DNA from: Eledone cirrhosa
Lineage: Eukaryota
DNA: 64,000 nt
Assembly (NCBI GenBank): GCA_964016885.1
Contig: OZ024762.1
Coordinates: forward strand, 26,784,001 to 26,848,000
Direction: 5' to 3'
In this document: positions 1 through 17,406 of the stretch, piece after piece
How the letters are laid out: each line of letters begins with the position of its first letter
Position numbering within the stretch: the first letter of the stretch is position 1
Position numbers and translations under genes: made by a program
Notes under the pieces: model-generated
The model's database searches: none
Seen by the model: the letters and a program-made list of their open reading frames with translations, nothing else
What the model was told of the DNA's origin: nothing

Positions 1-195
1 CAGCGTTATTTTTGTTGTTGTTGTATTTGTTGTTGTGATCGTGTCTTTGTGAAAAGATTGGAGCAGCATTACTTTTGTTGTTTTAGTTGTTGTAATCATG
101 TCTTTGTGAGGAGACTGAAGCAGCATTACCACAGCAGGGGGTGGCTTTATTGTGCATTAGTGGTGATGACAATCACTTTTACCATATATGGAATT

Positions 196-291
196 ACCCC
201 CTGAGAAGCTCGGCTATTCATATACCAGGATAAAAATTTTCATTTAGTCCAGAATTAGCCGTCGAAACGGCTTGAGCTCAGCCGTCGGGGT
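196..291 (+). ncRNA. Type I hammerhead ribozyme, core variant CTGAGAA (mini-element family A)
   Basis: ACCCC-CTGAGAA-stem II (CGGCTA..TAGCCG)-GAAA-CGGC ttgagctca GCCG-TC-GGGGT. Stems I and III pair perfectly; G8 is replaced by A. Confidence 0.65.
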
Positions 292-422
292 CCTACTCGT
301 TCCTATTACCCACTCTACTACCCTAAGTATTGACTACTTTGGTGCGTTATGGTCCACCTGGTTCCTTACCACATTTCCTTCGTTTTATATATATATATAA
401 ACGGAAAAATGAAACGAAATTT

Positions 423-469
<47 letters not shown>

Positions 470-478
470 CGAAATATA

Positions 479-519
<41 letters not shown>

Positions 520-528
520 CGAAATATA

Positions 529-583
<55 letters not shown>

Positions 584-1214
584 CATATAATATATATATA
601 TTTGTATAACATATAATATATATTTTATTATATATATATATATATGTATCACATATATATATATATATATAGTTGAGTGCTTATTCGATTTGTGCTATCT
701 ATGCAATTTGCTGTATGATATACACATACTGAATTCATTTGCCAAAATCTAGGGAATTTTCCTCTCGTGACTTACACATATGCCTTTACAAAGTTCTGCG
801 TCACTCACAAAGTTGGTTAAAGAGCAAAATACCTGTTGATAACGAGATATTCCTTGTTCGATCTTTATGCTGAAAGTTTATAGTTTTAAACAGACAGTAT
901 TATTGATTTAGGTGTCATAGAAACCCAGCATTTGGATTTTAACATCAATTCCACTTGGGTCCAGGTTGGTTTATATCATTTCTTTAGTTTGACCTGTATA
1001 GCTTGACTTGTTTTTTGGCTTAGGTGGTTAATGCCTTCTTGACCACTTTTCAGTTTGTATGGAGTTTTAACATATTGTTTAGCTCTAGTTTCTTTTAACT
1101 ATTGGAGCGCTTACCAGCATTTCTACGGATTTGCGTTTCGTTTCGCTTTTTCTACCAACCTAATACGATTCTCGCTGAATATATATTTATATATAATATA
1201 TATATATATGTATA

Positions 1215-2300
1215 ACATTGACGTTAGGAAGGCCTTTCATTCTGTGGAACGTCACTGCCTTATGGAGATCTTACAGGCTTATAGAATCCCCAAGAAGATA
1301 GTGGTCCTGATATCACTGCTCCACACCATCACCAAAGCCCAAGTTATTACACCTGTTGGGATGACAGAGTTCTTTGAGATACTGGCTGGAGTGCTCCAGA
1401 GAGATGCATTGGCTCCCTAACTTTTTATCATCGTAGTGGACTATTGTATTTACCTTGCACTGGAGAAACACCAGGACTCTAGCTTTACTGTAGCACCGGC
1501 TCAGAGCAGTAGAGTTAAGGCGAAAAAGATATCGGACGCTGAATTTGCTGGCGACATAGTTTTGGTGACAAATACAGTGAAGGAGGTAGAGGATTTGATG
1601 CAGGAGGTTGAGACTGTGTCGATGAGTGTGGGGCTGAGAATGAATGAGACTAAAACAAAATATCTGGTAGAGAATGTTGAGAAGCCAGAGGGGATTACTA
1701 ATGTAGGCGGAAAGCCGCTGGAATTAGTTGAGGACTTCCTGTATTTGGGAGCAAAGATTGGGAATGCGGTAGATGATGTCGTTGAGAGGAAGAGCAAAGC
1801 CTGGGCGGCATTCCACAGCATGAGATCGTTGTGGAAGTCGGACCTTCGTGGAGACCTGAAGATCCGCCTCTTCATTGCTGTAGTGGAGTCTGTGCTGCTG
1901 TACGGGTCTGAGACTTAGACACTGACCAAGAAACTAACTCAGATGGTGGATGGGTGCTATACGAGAATGCTGAGGATCGCTTTGAACATTAATCAGTATA
2001 CACTGAGGATGGAAAACTCAGCTGTATGGGAGCCTCCAAAAAGTCAGCTCAAAAGTGACACAGAGGAGATTGAGGTTAGCTGCACATGCTCACCGACATC
2101 CAGAGTTGACATTGCACTCAGTGCTCCTGTGAGAGCCCCTACATGGACACACTGGAAGAGGAAGACCAAGGTTAACATATGTTGATGCCCTAAGGACAGA
2201 TACTGGTCTGTTGGAGACGCAGGACATGACAGCGATAATGAGGGACAGAGACAGCTGGAGAGAACTCGTCCATAGGTCTCGGGAATTTTACCTGCCCTAG
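1215..2300 (+). mobile_element. 5'-truncated RTE-clade LINE (RT and C-terminus, disrupted)
   Basis: ORFs 1055-1420, 1436-1918 and 1943-2185 give D.RKAFHSV, GVLQRDALAP, EFAGDI (FADD-like), FLYLG and VESVLLYGSET, with stops and frameshifts. The 3' end GAATTTTACC(C/T)GCCCTAGA is shared with three other copies. Confidence 0.85.
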
Positions 2301-2351
2301 AAATGTATAACATGTATATATATATATATATAACATATATATATATGTATA

Positions 2352-2437
<86 letters not shown>

Positions 2438-3129
2438 ATAAATATATAATATATATATATGTATAATATATATATATATATATTTAATTGTAGTTTTTCC
2501 AAATTGAAGGATGAGTATTTAAATTTTATTTTATTCCGAGTTAAGACTCTATTGGTTTTTGCCCTTGGTTTCACAAAATCTGAGGATACAATCTATGTCT
2601 TGATTTTTTTAAATTGAGTTTGAATTATTTTCTCATATCTTACGTTCATTATTTTCCATTTTGACGTTATAGTCACTTATATATTATGAAATACTGTTGG
2701 CTTCTTGTTCACATTAATTTCTATATTTCTATTTATATATAATATATATATATAACATATAATATTTATATATATAAATATATAATATATATAACATATT
2801 ATATATATAAATAAATATATAATATATATATAATATATACTATATATATATATAAATATAAAATATATAAATAAATATATAATATATATATTACATATAA
2901 TATATATATAAATATATTTTATATATAACATATAATATATATATATATAAATACATAATATATATATAAATATATAATATATAAATAAATATATAATATA
3001 TATACAACATATAATATATATATATATAAATATATAATATATATATAACATATAATGTATATATATATAATATATATAATATATATATGACATATAATAT
3101 ATATATTTATATATGTATATATGTAGAGA

Positions 3130-3185
<56 letters not shown>

Positions 3186-3743
3186 GAGAGAGAGAGAGAG
3201 AGAGAAGTAGTTACTTTTTTCCGTAGGTAGGTCGATAGATAGATAGATAGACAGTCATATAGATAATCAGACAGACTGACAGATAAACAAATATAGCTAA
3301 AGGTGTATATGTCGATCGTACAAGAGCAGCTGCCGAGGTGAAAGATACATTGCTATTCCCTTCGAGCTCACGTATGTTATCTATAGCATATGATATTTAT
3401 GTGATGTTGCAATGATCAATTCTTCATGTTTGTTTAATTCATATGGACATAGAATCATAGCATCGTGTTATCGACTTCCTACAGTCTCTTTGTGCTGAGT
3501 TGAACTCTCATGTATGACCGTATATATGTTTCGAGTGTGAATTTTACATGTTTTTACATCTGTATATATATATATATTCTATGTATATATAAAGATATAT
3601 TTGTGTGTCTGTGTGTCTGTGTATGAGAGTGTGTGAGTGTGTGAGTGTGTGAGTGTGCATATATATACATAATAGAATATTAGAATATATATCTAGATGT
3701 ATATATATATATATACATCTAGATATATATTATAATATTCTAT

Positions 3744-3875
<132 letters not shown>

Positions 3876-3966
3876 ATGATGATGAAATGTATATGAATAT
3901 ATATATATGTGTATATACATAAACAAACATATATATATTAATGAATAATATATGTGTGTATATTCA

Positions 3967-4018
<52 letters not shown>

Positions 4019-4178
4019 CATATATATATATGAGAGAGAGAGCGAGAAACAGAGAGAGAAAGGGAAACAGAGAGAGGTGGAGAGGTGGAGAGGTGGGGGA
4101 TGTTGAGATTAGTAACAGGTGTAATTGCCTGAAAGATCAAAAATGGTAGCGTTATGTTAGGAATTATATACATACATG

Positions 4179-4214
<36 letters not shown>

Positions 4215-4498
4215 CATATGTATATATATTTATACACACACATGTATATATATATATTTATACACACACACATATATATTTATACACACACACACATATA
4301 TATATATACATATATTTATACACAGACATATATATTTATACACATATATATATATATATATATACACATATATACATATAAATATTTATACACACATATA
4401 CATATATATTTATACACACACATACATATATATTCATTTATACAAACACACACACATATACATATATATATATATATGTGTATATATATATATATATG

Positions 4499-4600
<102 letters not shown>

Positions 4601-4910
4601 CATATATATATATATATACACATATATATATTATATATATATTATATATATATACAAAAATGTAGATATTGTAAATTGAATGATTAATGAATTCTATCTG
4701 GAATTCTTAATTAATAGATAATACATTAAGCTCGAACTTTGTCGAAAGATAAACGTCTAACGTAATTATGACTATTATATATATTATATATATATATAGA
4801 TGTGTGTGTGTCTCTGTGTGTGTGTGTATGTGTGTCTGTGTGCTTGTGTGTGTCTATGTGTGTGTGTCTGTGTGTCTGTGTGCGTGTGTGTGTCTATGTG
4901 TGTGCATATG

Positions 4911-4977
<67 letters not shown>

Positions 4978-5329
4978 ATATATATATATAATATATAATT
5001 TTCCTTCAACACATTTTATATATTGATATCTTTAGAGTAATAGCTATATCTATACATGTATGTGTGTGTGGTGAGGGTATATGCGGCTATGTGTGTGTGT
5101 GCGTGTGTGTATGTGTGTGTGTGATGGCGGTGTGTATGTATGTGTGTGTATATAATTTAGGTGAAATTACGTTAGAATTCTGAAGATATTTACGTATAAT
5201 TGTATAATTTTTCTTAATTATGTATTATGTATTAGAATATACATAAACTTACATGTGTATATACATATATATGTATATATGTATATATATCAGTTTTGGT
5301 AGGAGTATAAGAATATATGTATATATATC

Positions 5330-5446
<117 letters not shown>

Positions 5447-5529
5447 TATGTATTTATGTATGGATGCTTTATATCTGGAGATCTCTCTGCACTTGTCGTC
5501 ACATGGTACCATGGGCCCAGCACTATGTG

Positions 5530-5675
5530 TCAATAATTGTCACAGGTGTAGTGTTTGTACCAGAGTTTTCAAGTCGATGGCTGGACTAGAAAGTCACACT
5601 CGTTCAGCGCATCGGTAGGGGTTCTCCTACATGGATATAAAGTAGTGGCCGTACTCGAAAACGAATTGTCAGCCA

Positions 5676-5680
<5 letters not shown>
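5530..5680 (+). mobile_element. Short 3' fragment of a probable RTE-type LINE with C2H2 zinc finger
   Basis: [22 protein letters not shown]-stop, then a short UTR and (TA)n. A C-terminal C2H2 finger occurs in some RTE ORFs. Confidence 0.45.
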
Positions 5681-5747
<67 letters not shown>

Positions 5748-5879
5748 ATAAATATTTATATATGTATGTATAGTTATAGCTCTGGTTCAACCGAACCATT
5801 GAGAAATTTGCCGCAAATTTCGAAGATTGTTTTTCGTTATTTCGTGGGCCGAAGTTCCGATTCTCGCTAATTTTCTTTG

Positions 5880-6624
<745 letters not shown>

Positions 6625-6630
<6 letters not shown>

Positions 6631-7699
6631 TGCCCACCTAAATATATTCTTACATGAATATATGTTAGACTTTTACATAAACTGGAGACATTCTCCCAAT
6701 TTGTAGAAAACTTATAATGAAACAATTGTTCGGAAAGAGAGATATATTTTAACTTTAATTATATCTCATAAAATAATAAAACTGGCTTTCCACAAAATAC
6801 ATATAGTTAGCATCCCAAACACTTAAATTGGGTTATACTAACATATAACCTAATGTTTATTGAGTGAGATGGTTACCAGTCGGAGTTTAGCGTTAAGCTA
6901 TCTCTGTTATTGTATTAAATATGTTACTCTTGATTTGGCCAGAGGTACTTATTTCCAGGTACCTTATAAACATGAGTTTCTGTATTTGTTACTGTGGAGG
7001 TTTTTTGGTTGTAACTTCTCTGTTTTTAGCCTAAGAAAATATATATATGCGTGTGTAAATAATTACATGCATACATTTATTTATTTTTTAAAATTAATTG
7101 AGTTCTTAACACGTGGAATTGATAATAGTTTTAAATAACTAATTAACCCGCGTGTATTAAATATTTTACTCTTAATTTGGCCAGAGATTTACATTCCCAA
7201 TCCATTTTAAAGCGTAACCTTCAGTATTTGCTGCAGTGATGTGATGCGGTTTGTTATTTTGGTATCACCTCTGTTTTTAGCCTAAGAAAATATCTATATG
7301 CGTGTGTAATTAATACACGCATACATTTATTTTTTAATTTCAATTGAGTTCTTAACACGTTGGATTGATAATATTTTTGAAAAAAATAATTAACCCGAGT
7401 GTATATTATTTTTTTTTTCTCGTGTATCGTGGTTGTCTCCCTTTCCCGCTTCGTGACGCTATGAAACTTCCTCAGTCAAAAGACTGCTGGGATTTCAAAT
7501 TTGGCGGTCATTCGATGCGTGAAAGAGCAGCTTAGCAGACACGATTTTTAACTGTGGTAAGAATTTTTTCTTATATCAAAGTGTAATGGGCTTCCACTGA
7601 AGATTTATAAGTGCCCACCTAAATATATTCTTACATGAATATATGTTACGCTTCTACATAAACTGGAAACATTCTCCCAATTTGTAGAAAACTTATAAT
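6625..7699 (+). mobile_element. ORF-less terminally redundant mini-element (about 981 nt unit) with split hammerhead
   Basis: About 94 bp direct repeats at 6625-6718 and 7606-7699, flanked by (TA)n. CTGAAGA at 7597 and GAAACAATTGTT at 6719. Internal duplication of about 250 bp (6911-7165 vs 7153-7405). Confidence 0.7.
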
Positions 7700-7783
7700 A
7701 TATATATATGTATATATGTATATATATGTATATATATGTATATATATAGATAAATATATGTATATATATATATATATATATGT

Positions 7784-8474
7784 ATATTTTAGTAAGTAGG
7801 TTAATTTTATAATTTTCTTATTTTACGTCTCTCATATTATTGTTCTGCAACCCCATGCATTGAACCACAAAGTTACTAAGACAAAACCTATATATTTGCT
7901 AGCATTGTTATGCATCTGTATGTATATATATATGTTACTAGATATTAATTCTTTATAATTATCTCCAAATTATTTGTCGAGCAATATTGGCCATGGCTGC
8001 TGCTATGGTAGCAGGCCGCTGTCTTATTAACAAACCACTTTCCACTGATTGACCTCGATGTCACGTGATTGATTCTTTTTGAATTTGCCACCGACGCAGA
8101 GGCAGTGATTTTCTCAATGGCTAGGAATTCAGTCCACGCTTTGCTATTTCCTATCCACTGAATTATTTTTTAATAAGTTTCCAGTGTCCACGCTTTGCCT
8201 GGATACTTAGATGAGAATAGACCTCCCTGACGACGGAATGCTTCTCTGTATCTTCTTCGGAAAATATATTTATTCCATTCCAGAAACTAATTAGTTGGAA
8301 GTGATATTTTAGTAAGTAAGTTAATTTTATAATTTTCTTATTTTACGTCTCTCATATTATTGTTCTGCAACCCCATACATTGAACCACAAAGTTACTAAG
8401 ACAAAACCTATATATTTGCTAGCATTGATATGCATCTGTATGTATATATATGTTACTAGATATTAATTCTTTAT
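7784..8474 (+). mobile_element. ORF-less terminally redundant mini-element (520 nt unit) with hammerhead
   Basis: About 172 bp direct repeats at 7784-7957 and 8304-8474, embedded in (TA)n. An HHR sits immediately 5' of the second repeat. Confidence 0.8.
8222..8301 (+). ncRNA. Type I hammerhead ribozyme
   Basis: CTCC-CTGACGA-GGAATG..CATTCC-GAAA-CTAATTAG (palindromic stem III)-TT-GGAAG. Confidence 0.75.
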
Positions 8475-8653
8475 ATGTATAAATATATGTATATATATAT
8501 GTATCTATATATATATCTATATATATATGTATATATATGTATATATGTATATATATATGTATGTATATATGTATATATATATGTTTGTATATATATATAC
8601 ATATACATATGTATATATATATGTATATATGTATATATATATATGTATATATA

Positions 8654-8684
<31 letters not shown>

Positions 8685-8709
8685 CTATATATATATGTAT
8701 ATATATATG

Positions 8710-8753
<44 letters not shown>

Positions 8754-8829
8754 CAAATAGGCGGAAGAAAACAAGATGCATCAATGCTGGCAAATTCCAA
8801 GCAAACCTGCAAACACAAATACAGTAGAA

Positions 8830-9635
8830 CACAGTTACGCAGGACCAGGAGGGACCTTTATCCCCGTGTTACAATCAATACGAACCTGTGTATAGATATG
8901 AGCGATGATGCATCTTTTTCCTCACTCCATATGAATGTGGCGACAATGTGCAGACGCCTCGATGGCTGGATCTTGAGTACTTTCTGGACAAGAGACCGAG
9001 ACACCATCTTGACACTATGGAGGACATTTGTCCTAAGCCGCCTGGACTATTGCTCCCAGTTGTGGTCACCCCATAGTGTCAAACACGGAGCTTGAGGCAA
9101 TCCAGCGAAGCTACACCAAGAGCATTGCAACGATGAAGGAGATAAGCTATGGGGAGAGGCTAAAAGAAATTAACCTCTACTCCTTGGAACGAAGACGGGA
9201 AAGATACGCAGTGATCTACATGTACAAAATCCTGGAGGGACTAGCACCAAACTTTGGCATTGGGAGCTGGACCAACCGTCGAACAGGACGTCATTGTGTG
9301 GTGCCAAAGGTCCCGTCTTCCACATCTAGAATAAGGAGCTGATATTGCAATAGCCTGGGATTCAAGAGCCCTCACCTCTTCAACAAGCTGCCGAGTAATC
9401 TGAGAGATCTGCATGGTGTGGAGGTCTTCAAGAAACATCTCAACACCTTGCTTTCAAGGATCCCGGATGAGCGCACAGAAAGGCACGTGAGAAACCTAAG
9501 GGCAGCAGCAACAAACTCCCTCTTACACCAGTGTTCAACCTATACAGGCTGGAGATATAATGTGTAGCAACAAGGGCGGTGCCCCAGCATGGCCTCAGCC
9601 GTATGGCTGGAACCGGTAACAGATTAAAAGAGTAT
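8830..9635 (+). mobile_element. CR1-group LINE 3' fragment
   Basis: [20 protein letters not shown] and [33 protein letters not shown] are typical CR1/L2-group ORF2 C-terminal motifs; frameshifted. Confidence 0.8.
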
Positions 9636-9654
9636 AAATACATGTATATATATA

Positions 9655-10802
<1,148 letters not shown>

Positions 10803-11582
10803 CATGAGAAGCACAAGTAAAAAAGTTATATGCAAGGAAAATTGCTGTACAATTGGTGTACAGTCAATAAGGCATGTATGAGGAAAGAGTTATAATGCAC
10901 TTGAAATAAACATATTTTGTGTGGGGTTTTAAAGAATGTTATAATTGTTATAAATGTTTAAGATAGTGTGTAATTTGTTAGAGAGGCATGTGGTGATAAT
11001 GTAGGTATTTGTTATGTAAGGTGTAATGTAAATCACGTGACAGAGTTGGATATGTGATTTTCATTTTAGTGTTTTTGTGTTGTAGTTCGTATGTATGTGT
11101 ATATGTTCTTTGTAACTCACAACTATTAACCATGGTATTATTTTGAGTCGTTTATAGTCAATAGGTCTTTGTTTGTTAAATGTAAATTCCACCGAATTAC
11201 CTGCCATGTTGTTATTGTAGGTATATTATCTGATGCCTTTTTTATCTACAAATTATCTTTTCTAGGGTTTGTATTAACCGTTATTGGGCTGTTGGTAAAC
11301 CGTTAGGTTACTTAATTTTATGAGTTTACACAGGAAGATGTAAAGGGGGCTAATAACAAGGGGAGGTAATTATGGTTGTTGATAAATTAAGGGTTGTTTT
11401 AATATTGTAGTAGTGTTATAAATTAATCTTTATGGAGTGTATAAAATATTATTGGTTATATAGTTAGCTTTCAATCTTGTGTGGAGGGAGTTAAAAACAT
11501 TTTTAAAATAATTTTATTATAACTAGATAGTTTTTACATAGTTAGTCAATGTATCTACAATATAAGGTATATATATGTGTGA

Positions 11583-11671
<89 letters not shown>

Positions 11672-14600
11672 CAGATTGTGTAGAGAGAGTTGAAGTTTTG
11701 ATGACAGGATAGAGAGTTGCATAATATATACTGGAGTAACTGGTGTTATATACACAGTTGTCTGCTATTTAGTTGGTGTTATATATTGAGAGTGTATTAG
11801 AGTGTCTATATTATTTAAATATTTTAATTGTATAAGGTAAGAGATCAAAAAAGGGGTTTATTGACTGCATGTAGGTTAGTGTGGTCTTTTAATTAAGGTG
11901 TAGTCCTATATTCATGAAGGTGTAATTGGACAAATTAAAAGGTGGTGGTCAGGTGTTGTCACCGACATTGGTCTTTATTTTTATTTTTATTATCATTATT
12001 ACTAGTTACTAAGTTTGAAGTAGTGGACGAGAATTTATGGTAATGTGGACACGTGGAGAAGATCTCTGATTTCCTATTTAGCAGGCTAAGATTAGAGTGA
12101 ATGATTTTTCTAGACTCGAGGATGCAAAGGTTACAAAATTTGTTAGGTGGTCTATATGAAGGGGCCTTAGCTATCACTTCCCATTTTAAAGTGTATAGTA
12201 TATTACTTGATTTTAATGAGTGTATGTATATGGATAGTGAGGTTACGTTGCTAAGTTTAGGGTTTTTGAACGAATGAAGGTGTGAATTATTTCTGGTCTT
12301 AAAGCTATTCGAAGTTAAGCCTATATATACTTTCGAGATGTGATTAGCGGTTACAGTACCGGAGTAGATAATGTCTTTAATAAGACAGTTCTTATTTAAA
12401 GGGCATGTCTTGTTAGGTCTATAATTACAATTGTTTTGGTAACTAGTATGCATTTGAGTGGTTGTTTCTGTTTCTACTTCTCCTATTATGATTATGGTAA
12501 GTATTATTATTATTATTGGTATTATTAATGTGACTTGCTGTATGGTCTTGTATTGTGTTATTGTTCAGGTTATTTCTATGCTAGACATTATTACTTTGGT
12601 GTAATTTGAAGTACTTTTTAATCTTTCTCTTGTTGGTGTTGGCTATATGGTCTGCTATGTTAGGTGTGGTGGAGTAGGAGATTTTAATTGTATTTTTGTT
12701 AAATAGGTTGTCGTATTTATGGTTAGTTGGGAAGTTTTTGTCTAGAGTAGAGAAGAAAGCTTTAGGTATGTTTGTTGATACATTTAAGTTGAACGGAGGA
12801 TTAAAAATGTGTTACTTCTATTCTTCTTATGGGTGTTATACATACTACTGGTTAGTGTGGTGTTAGGTTCCTTGTTATCTATATTTTTCTTTCTGTGGGT
12901 TTTCTTAGGATTATTGCTGTGGTGTGATTTAACTTTTTTGATGCCCTCGTATAGCAGTCGGGATTTTCAATACTATGATCATATTTAATTTTATTCATGG
13001 CTATGTTGTGTGAAATTATATTAGGTTGTCTATGGGTGGTTGACGATTTAGGTTTAAATTTAATTTTATCTCTATGGCCGGAACGGGCTAAGGCTTCATT
13101 ATAGTATTGGGAGTTACGATTAAATGTATTCTCGTTGTAAGAAAGACTAGAGATTCTATTAGATACCCCCTTTAATGATTGAGGTCAATACAGATTTAGG
13201 GTGGTTAGAGTTGGTATTAACATAGAAAAGTTTTTCATTAGATTTATGATACGGTGTATATTTTTAGAGTCTAAGTAGAGAGTGACGTCCAGGAAGTTAA
13301 CATTTTTGGTGTTTTTATCTGAAGTGATGCTTAAGTTGTAGTTTTTAAATATTTTATGTAATTGTTTTCTAGTTCTTTCTATATTGAACTTTTTATAGTC
13401 TAAGAGGAAAAGTGCGTCGTCTCGGTAGAGACAACCGTTAAAGTAAGGTAGGTTCTTATGTATTTCGTTTAAGAGAAATAGACCAACTAAGTCGGTTACC
13501 TGTGCCGAGTCACTAGATCCCATGGTAATATCGAAGTTGTTGGGTGTATTCTTGCGGGTCCATAGTTGGTCTTCAAATTTAATTATTGTTTTCCTGGCCG
13601 CAAGAATTATATCTACCTGGATCTAGTGAATTCACTATTGTTCATGGCCATTATTAATGCTTTATTTAGGATGATAGGTGAAATAGAGGTGTACTAGGAG
13701 TTTATATGGAATTGGATGAATTTCTTATTATTATTTGCATTAATACCATTAAACCATTCGATTACTTCACTAGTGTTTCCCGAGAGGTTAAAATGAATTA
13801 TTTGTTTAATTTGGGGGATTACTTTATCTAAATTTGTTTTACTAATGATACCAATGTTGAATCTGGATGGGAAAATAAGTCTAATTTAGGGGTTAGTATT
13901 GAAGTCATCCTTATGGTCTTTCAGAGAGAATCGCGGGGGATTAAGGGTGTACGGTTGAGTATATCTCTCTAGTCCTAATTTACATATTAAACTACGGGCT
14001 TCAATATTTATGTCATCCAGGTTTTTATGAGATGTTTTTTTTTGTAGTTCCTATAAAGTTCTTTATATATAAATGCTCTATATGTATCGTAATCTAGGCT
14101 ATATATGTTTTTAGTTTTATCTGCTAGTACTAAGATATTCCTATTCTTATTAAAGTTTTCTTTGGTGGAAATTAGGTTATTTAGGAAGTAGTTCTTCTTA
14201 TTGTAGTCTTTCCTGTACTTAATCCTTTTAACAAGTGACACAAGGTCGTTTTCAAATGAGTCCAGTAAGATATTGTGTGGAGGGCTTTTATATGTTTTGA
14301 AGCCGTATGTTTCAAACGAAGGTGCACCTTGTTCTTTCACAGCGCGGTTCCTATCATAGTTGAAAACCCTCCATCTAACTCTTTTAATTAAAGAGTTGAC
14401 ACTATTAATCAGTAGTTTCTCATATGTATCCCTAGATAGGATAGGTATGTTCTTTAGAGACAAAGGAAGATAGTCTTTGGTCAACATACCGGTAATTCTA
14501 TATATGTCAGCTCTACTAGAAGGAGTAGAATTAGTAATAAGAATGTTTATATTTATATATGTTTGATACAAATATAAATATGGAGGGTAGTACTAATTAC

Positions 14601-15056
14601 TAGCCGGTTACCGGTATGACAAAAGGCTCAATGGAAAATGTTTAAGTGTTTTATAGAGCAGCCGAGATACAAAGTATTAAAACGATCAAATTCTAGTTTA
14701 AAACATTTATTTACTGACAATTGTTTCTTCCAGAGCGAGGTCTGGAATTATCGGAGCATAAGGAATGTCGAAACATGTTACTAAAATCAACAGTCATTTA
14801 GAACATTGAGAGTACATAGTTGTTGTTAGTGCCATAGGTATCATGTGGAGAGTCAGGAGTTAAAAAGATGTTCTGCTTGGGAGAACACAATTACAGGCAG
14901 CACTGGTTGAAAGTGTAAGATGTATAAGTGAGAAGCACAAAGAATACAGACAAAAAAGTTATAAGCAAGGAAAATTGGTGTAAAGTGCAGGAGTCAATAC
15001 AGTCAATAAGGCATGTATGAGGAAATAGTCATAATGCAGTTGAAATAAAAATATTA
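10803..15056 (-). mobile_element. Nearly full-length decayed Naiad-type Penelope-like element with terminal direct repeats
   Basis: ORF pieces: 14008-14571 (LKNIP, RVRWRVF, YGFKT), 13185-13523 (MGSSDSAQVTDLVG, YRDD, NFLDVT) and 11959-12453 (CNY..CPL..CL, YIGLT, FKTR, CNLC, LNRKSE, CPH). Direct repeats of about 115 bp at 10803-10915 and 14929-15056. Confidence 0.9.
14712..14758 (-). ncRNA. Hammerhead motif in PLE 5' repeat, variant core CCGATAA
   Basis: Minus strand: TGCT-CCGATAA-TTCCAGA cctcgc TCTGGAA-GAAA-CAATTG-TC-AGTA. Confidence 0.65.
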
Positions 15057-15249
15057 TATACATATACACATATATATATGCATAAAATTAGAATTACTGC
15101 TCTGAAATAGCGATGTATACATGAATATATATACAGTATATTTGGCAATGGACTGTATGCTTAATTAAAAACATTTTGAAGACCTTGCGTTATTATTTTA
15201 AAGTAGTGACTATGTCACTTACTTCTTTTTTCAACAAGCAAAGGGAGAT

Positions 15250-15293
15250 AAGCTGACAGATCTGTTTCACACTGTTGATGATCATCAGAGCTT
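15250..15293 (-). ncRNA. Type I hammerhead ribozyme
   Basis: Minus strand: AAGCT-CTGATGA-(weak stem II)-GAAA-CAGATCTG-TC-AGCTT. A homologous element is at 61470-61570. Confidence 0.75.
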
Positions 15294-15339
15294 AGCACTC
15301 GCCGATGTTTATTGAAAATTAAAGACGCGTATATGTATA

Positions 15340-15923
<584 letters not shown>

Positions 15924-15942
15924 AGTGTATATATATATATAA

Positions 15943-16243
<301 letters not shown>

Positions 16244-16368
16244 ATTATGTGGTATTTTTTCAGGGCTATAAGGGGCTTAGCTCTGTTTCTTGACCGCTGT
16301 ATCACGTGATTGACTATCCCTCCGCCTTTTCGAGATTCTATCTCGCGCATTACACACGTGTTTTGAAA

Positions 16369-16475
16369 CCCTTAATGAGGTATCTCCTTGATAAGTCGGC
16401 AGAACCTCACAAAAACTCTATATCACTATGATCTAGTGTTTTTGCATAATATGCCACGAAACTACGTAGTCGGGG
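16369..16475 (+). ncRNA. Degenerate hammerhead motif
   Basis: CCC-TTAATGA-GGTAT..ATGCC-GAAA-CTACGTAG-TC-GGG; the core has two substitutions. Confidence 0.5.
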
Positions 16476-16703
16476 ACTGAAGAAGCAGCTTAGCTATGAT
16501 ATATCTTATTACTAATTATATCTAATGTTTCTTCTCTCTTCATAATGTACTTTATAGCTCTGATACTGAATCAGTCTAATCCATTCGGATTGGTTTCTCC
16601 CAGATATTCATAGAGCAACATCGGTTGAGGTTGGCACCACTAACTCAGGGATATGTGTGGATATATTCATGTATATGTATGTGTCCGCATCTGTGTGTTT
16701 CTC

Positions 16704-16807
<104 letters not shown>

Positions 16808-16849
16808 TATATACATATATATGAATATATATATATATATATATAAATG

Positions 16850-17150
16850 TAAGTCCAAAGTATTATTAGATAAAATATATACAGTATTTCCTCTCCCAAT
16901 CAGTATAAATTAACCACTCAAAAAATTATTTAAACGAGGCTATAAGATTAAAATGTACTTATGAAGAAATGATAGACAAATGATACAGATTCATTTCCGC
17001 GATGTACAGCTATATGACATTTACCTAGTAATAGTCCTAGCCTGTAGAAATTGACCAATCAAATAGTTAACTACACGAAATTAGGTACAAAATTGAAGTT
17101 AGAAGAAATAATCCACATAAATATAACCAATATTCTCATCGTCTCTACCA
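16850..17150 (+). mobile_element. Degenerate PLE RT fragment
   Basis: Visibly homologous to 47490-47760, which precedes the PLE RT ORF at 47841. Confidence 0.5.
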
Positions 17151-17285
17151 ACCGGTGGTTTCGTTCCACTTTTTGGATATATCCGGTCTCGGAGAAATCC
17201 ACGAGGCTCGGAACTCATTAGGAGATATTATGTGTACGTTACTTTTTGTGGGGACAAGGGGAATTTCGCCTGTTCTTGCATTGTC

Positions 17286-17375
17286 TTTCTTCTTCTTCTT
17301 CTTCTTCTTCTTCTTCTTCTTCTTCTTCTTCTTCTTCTTCTTCTTCTTCTTCTTCTTCTTCTTCTTCTTCTTCTT

Positions 17376-17406
<31 letters not shown>

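Noticed and set aside
828-902. TTGATAA..GAAA hammerhead-like arrangement
   Set aside because: There is no NUH at the expected position and stem II is unconvincing.
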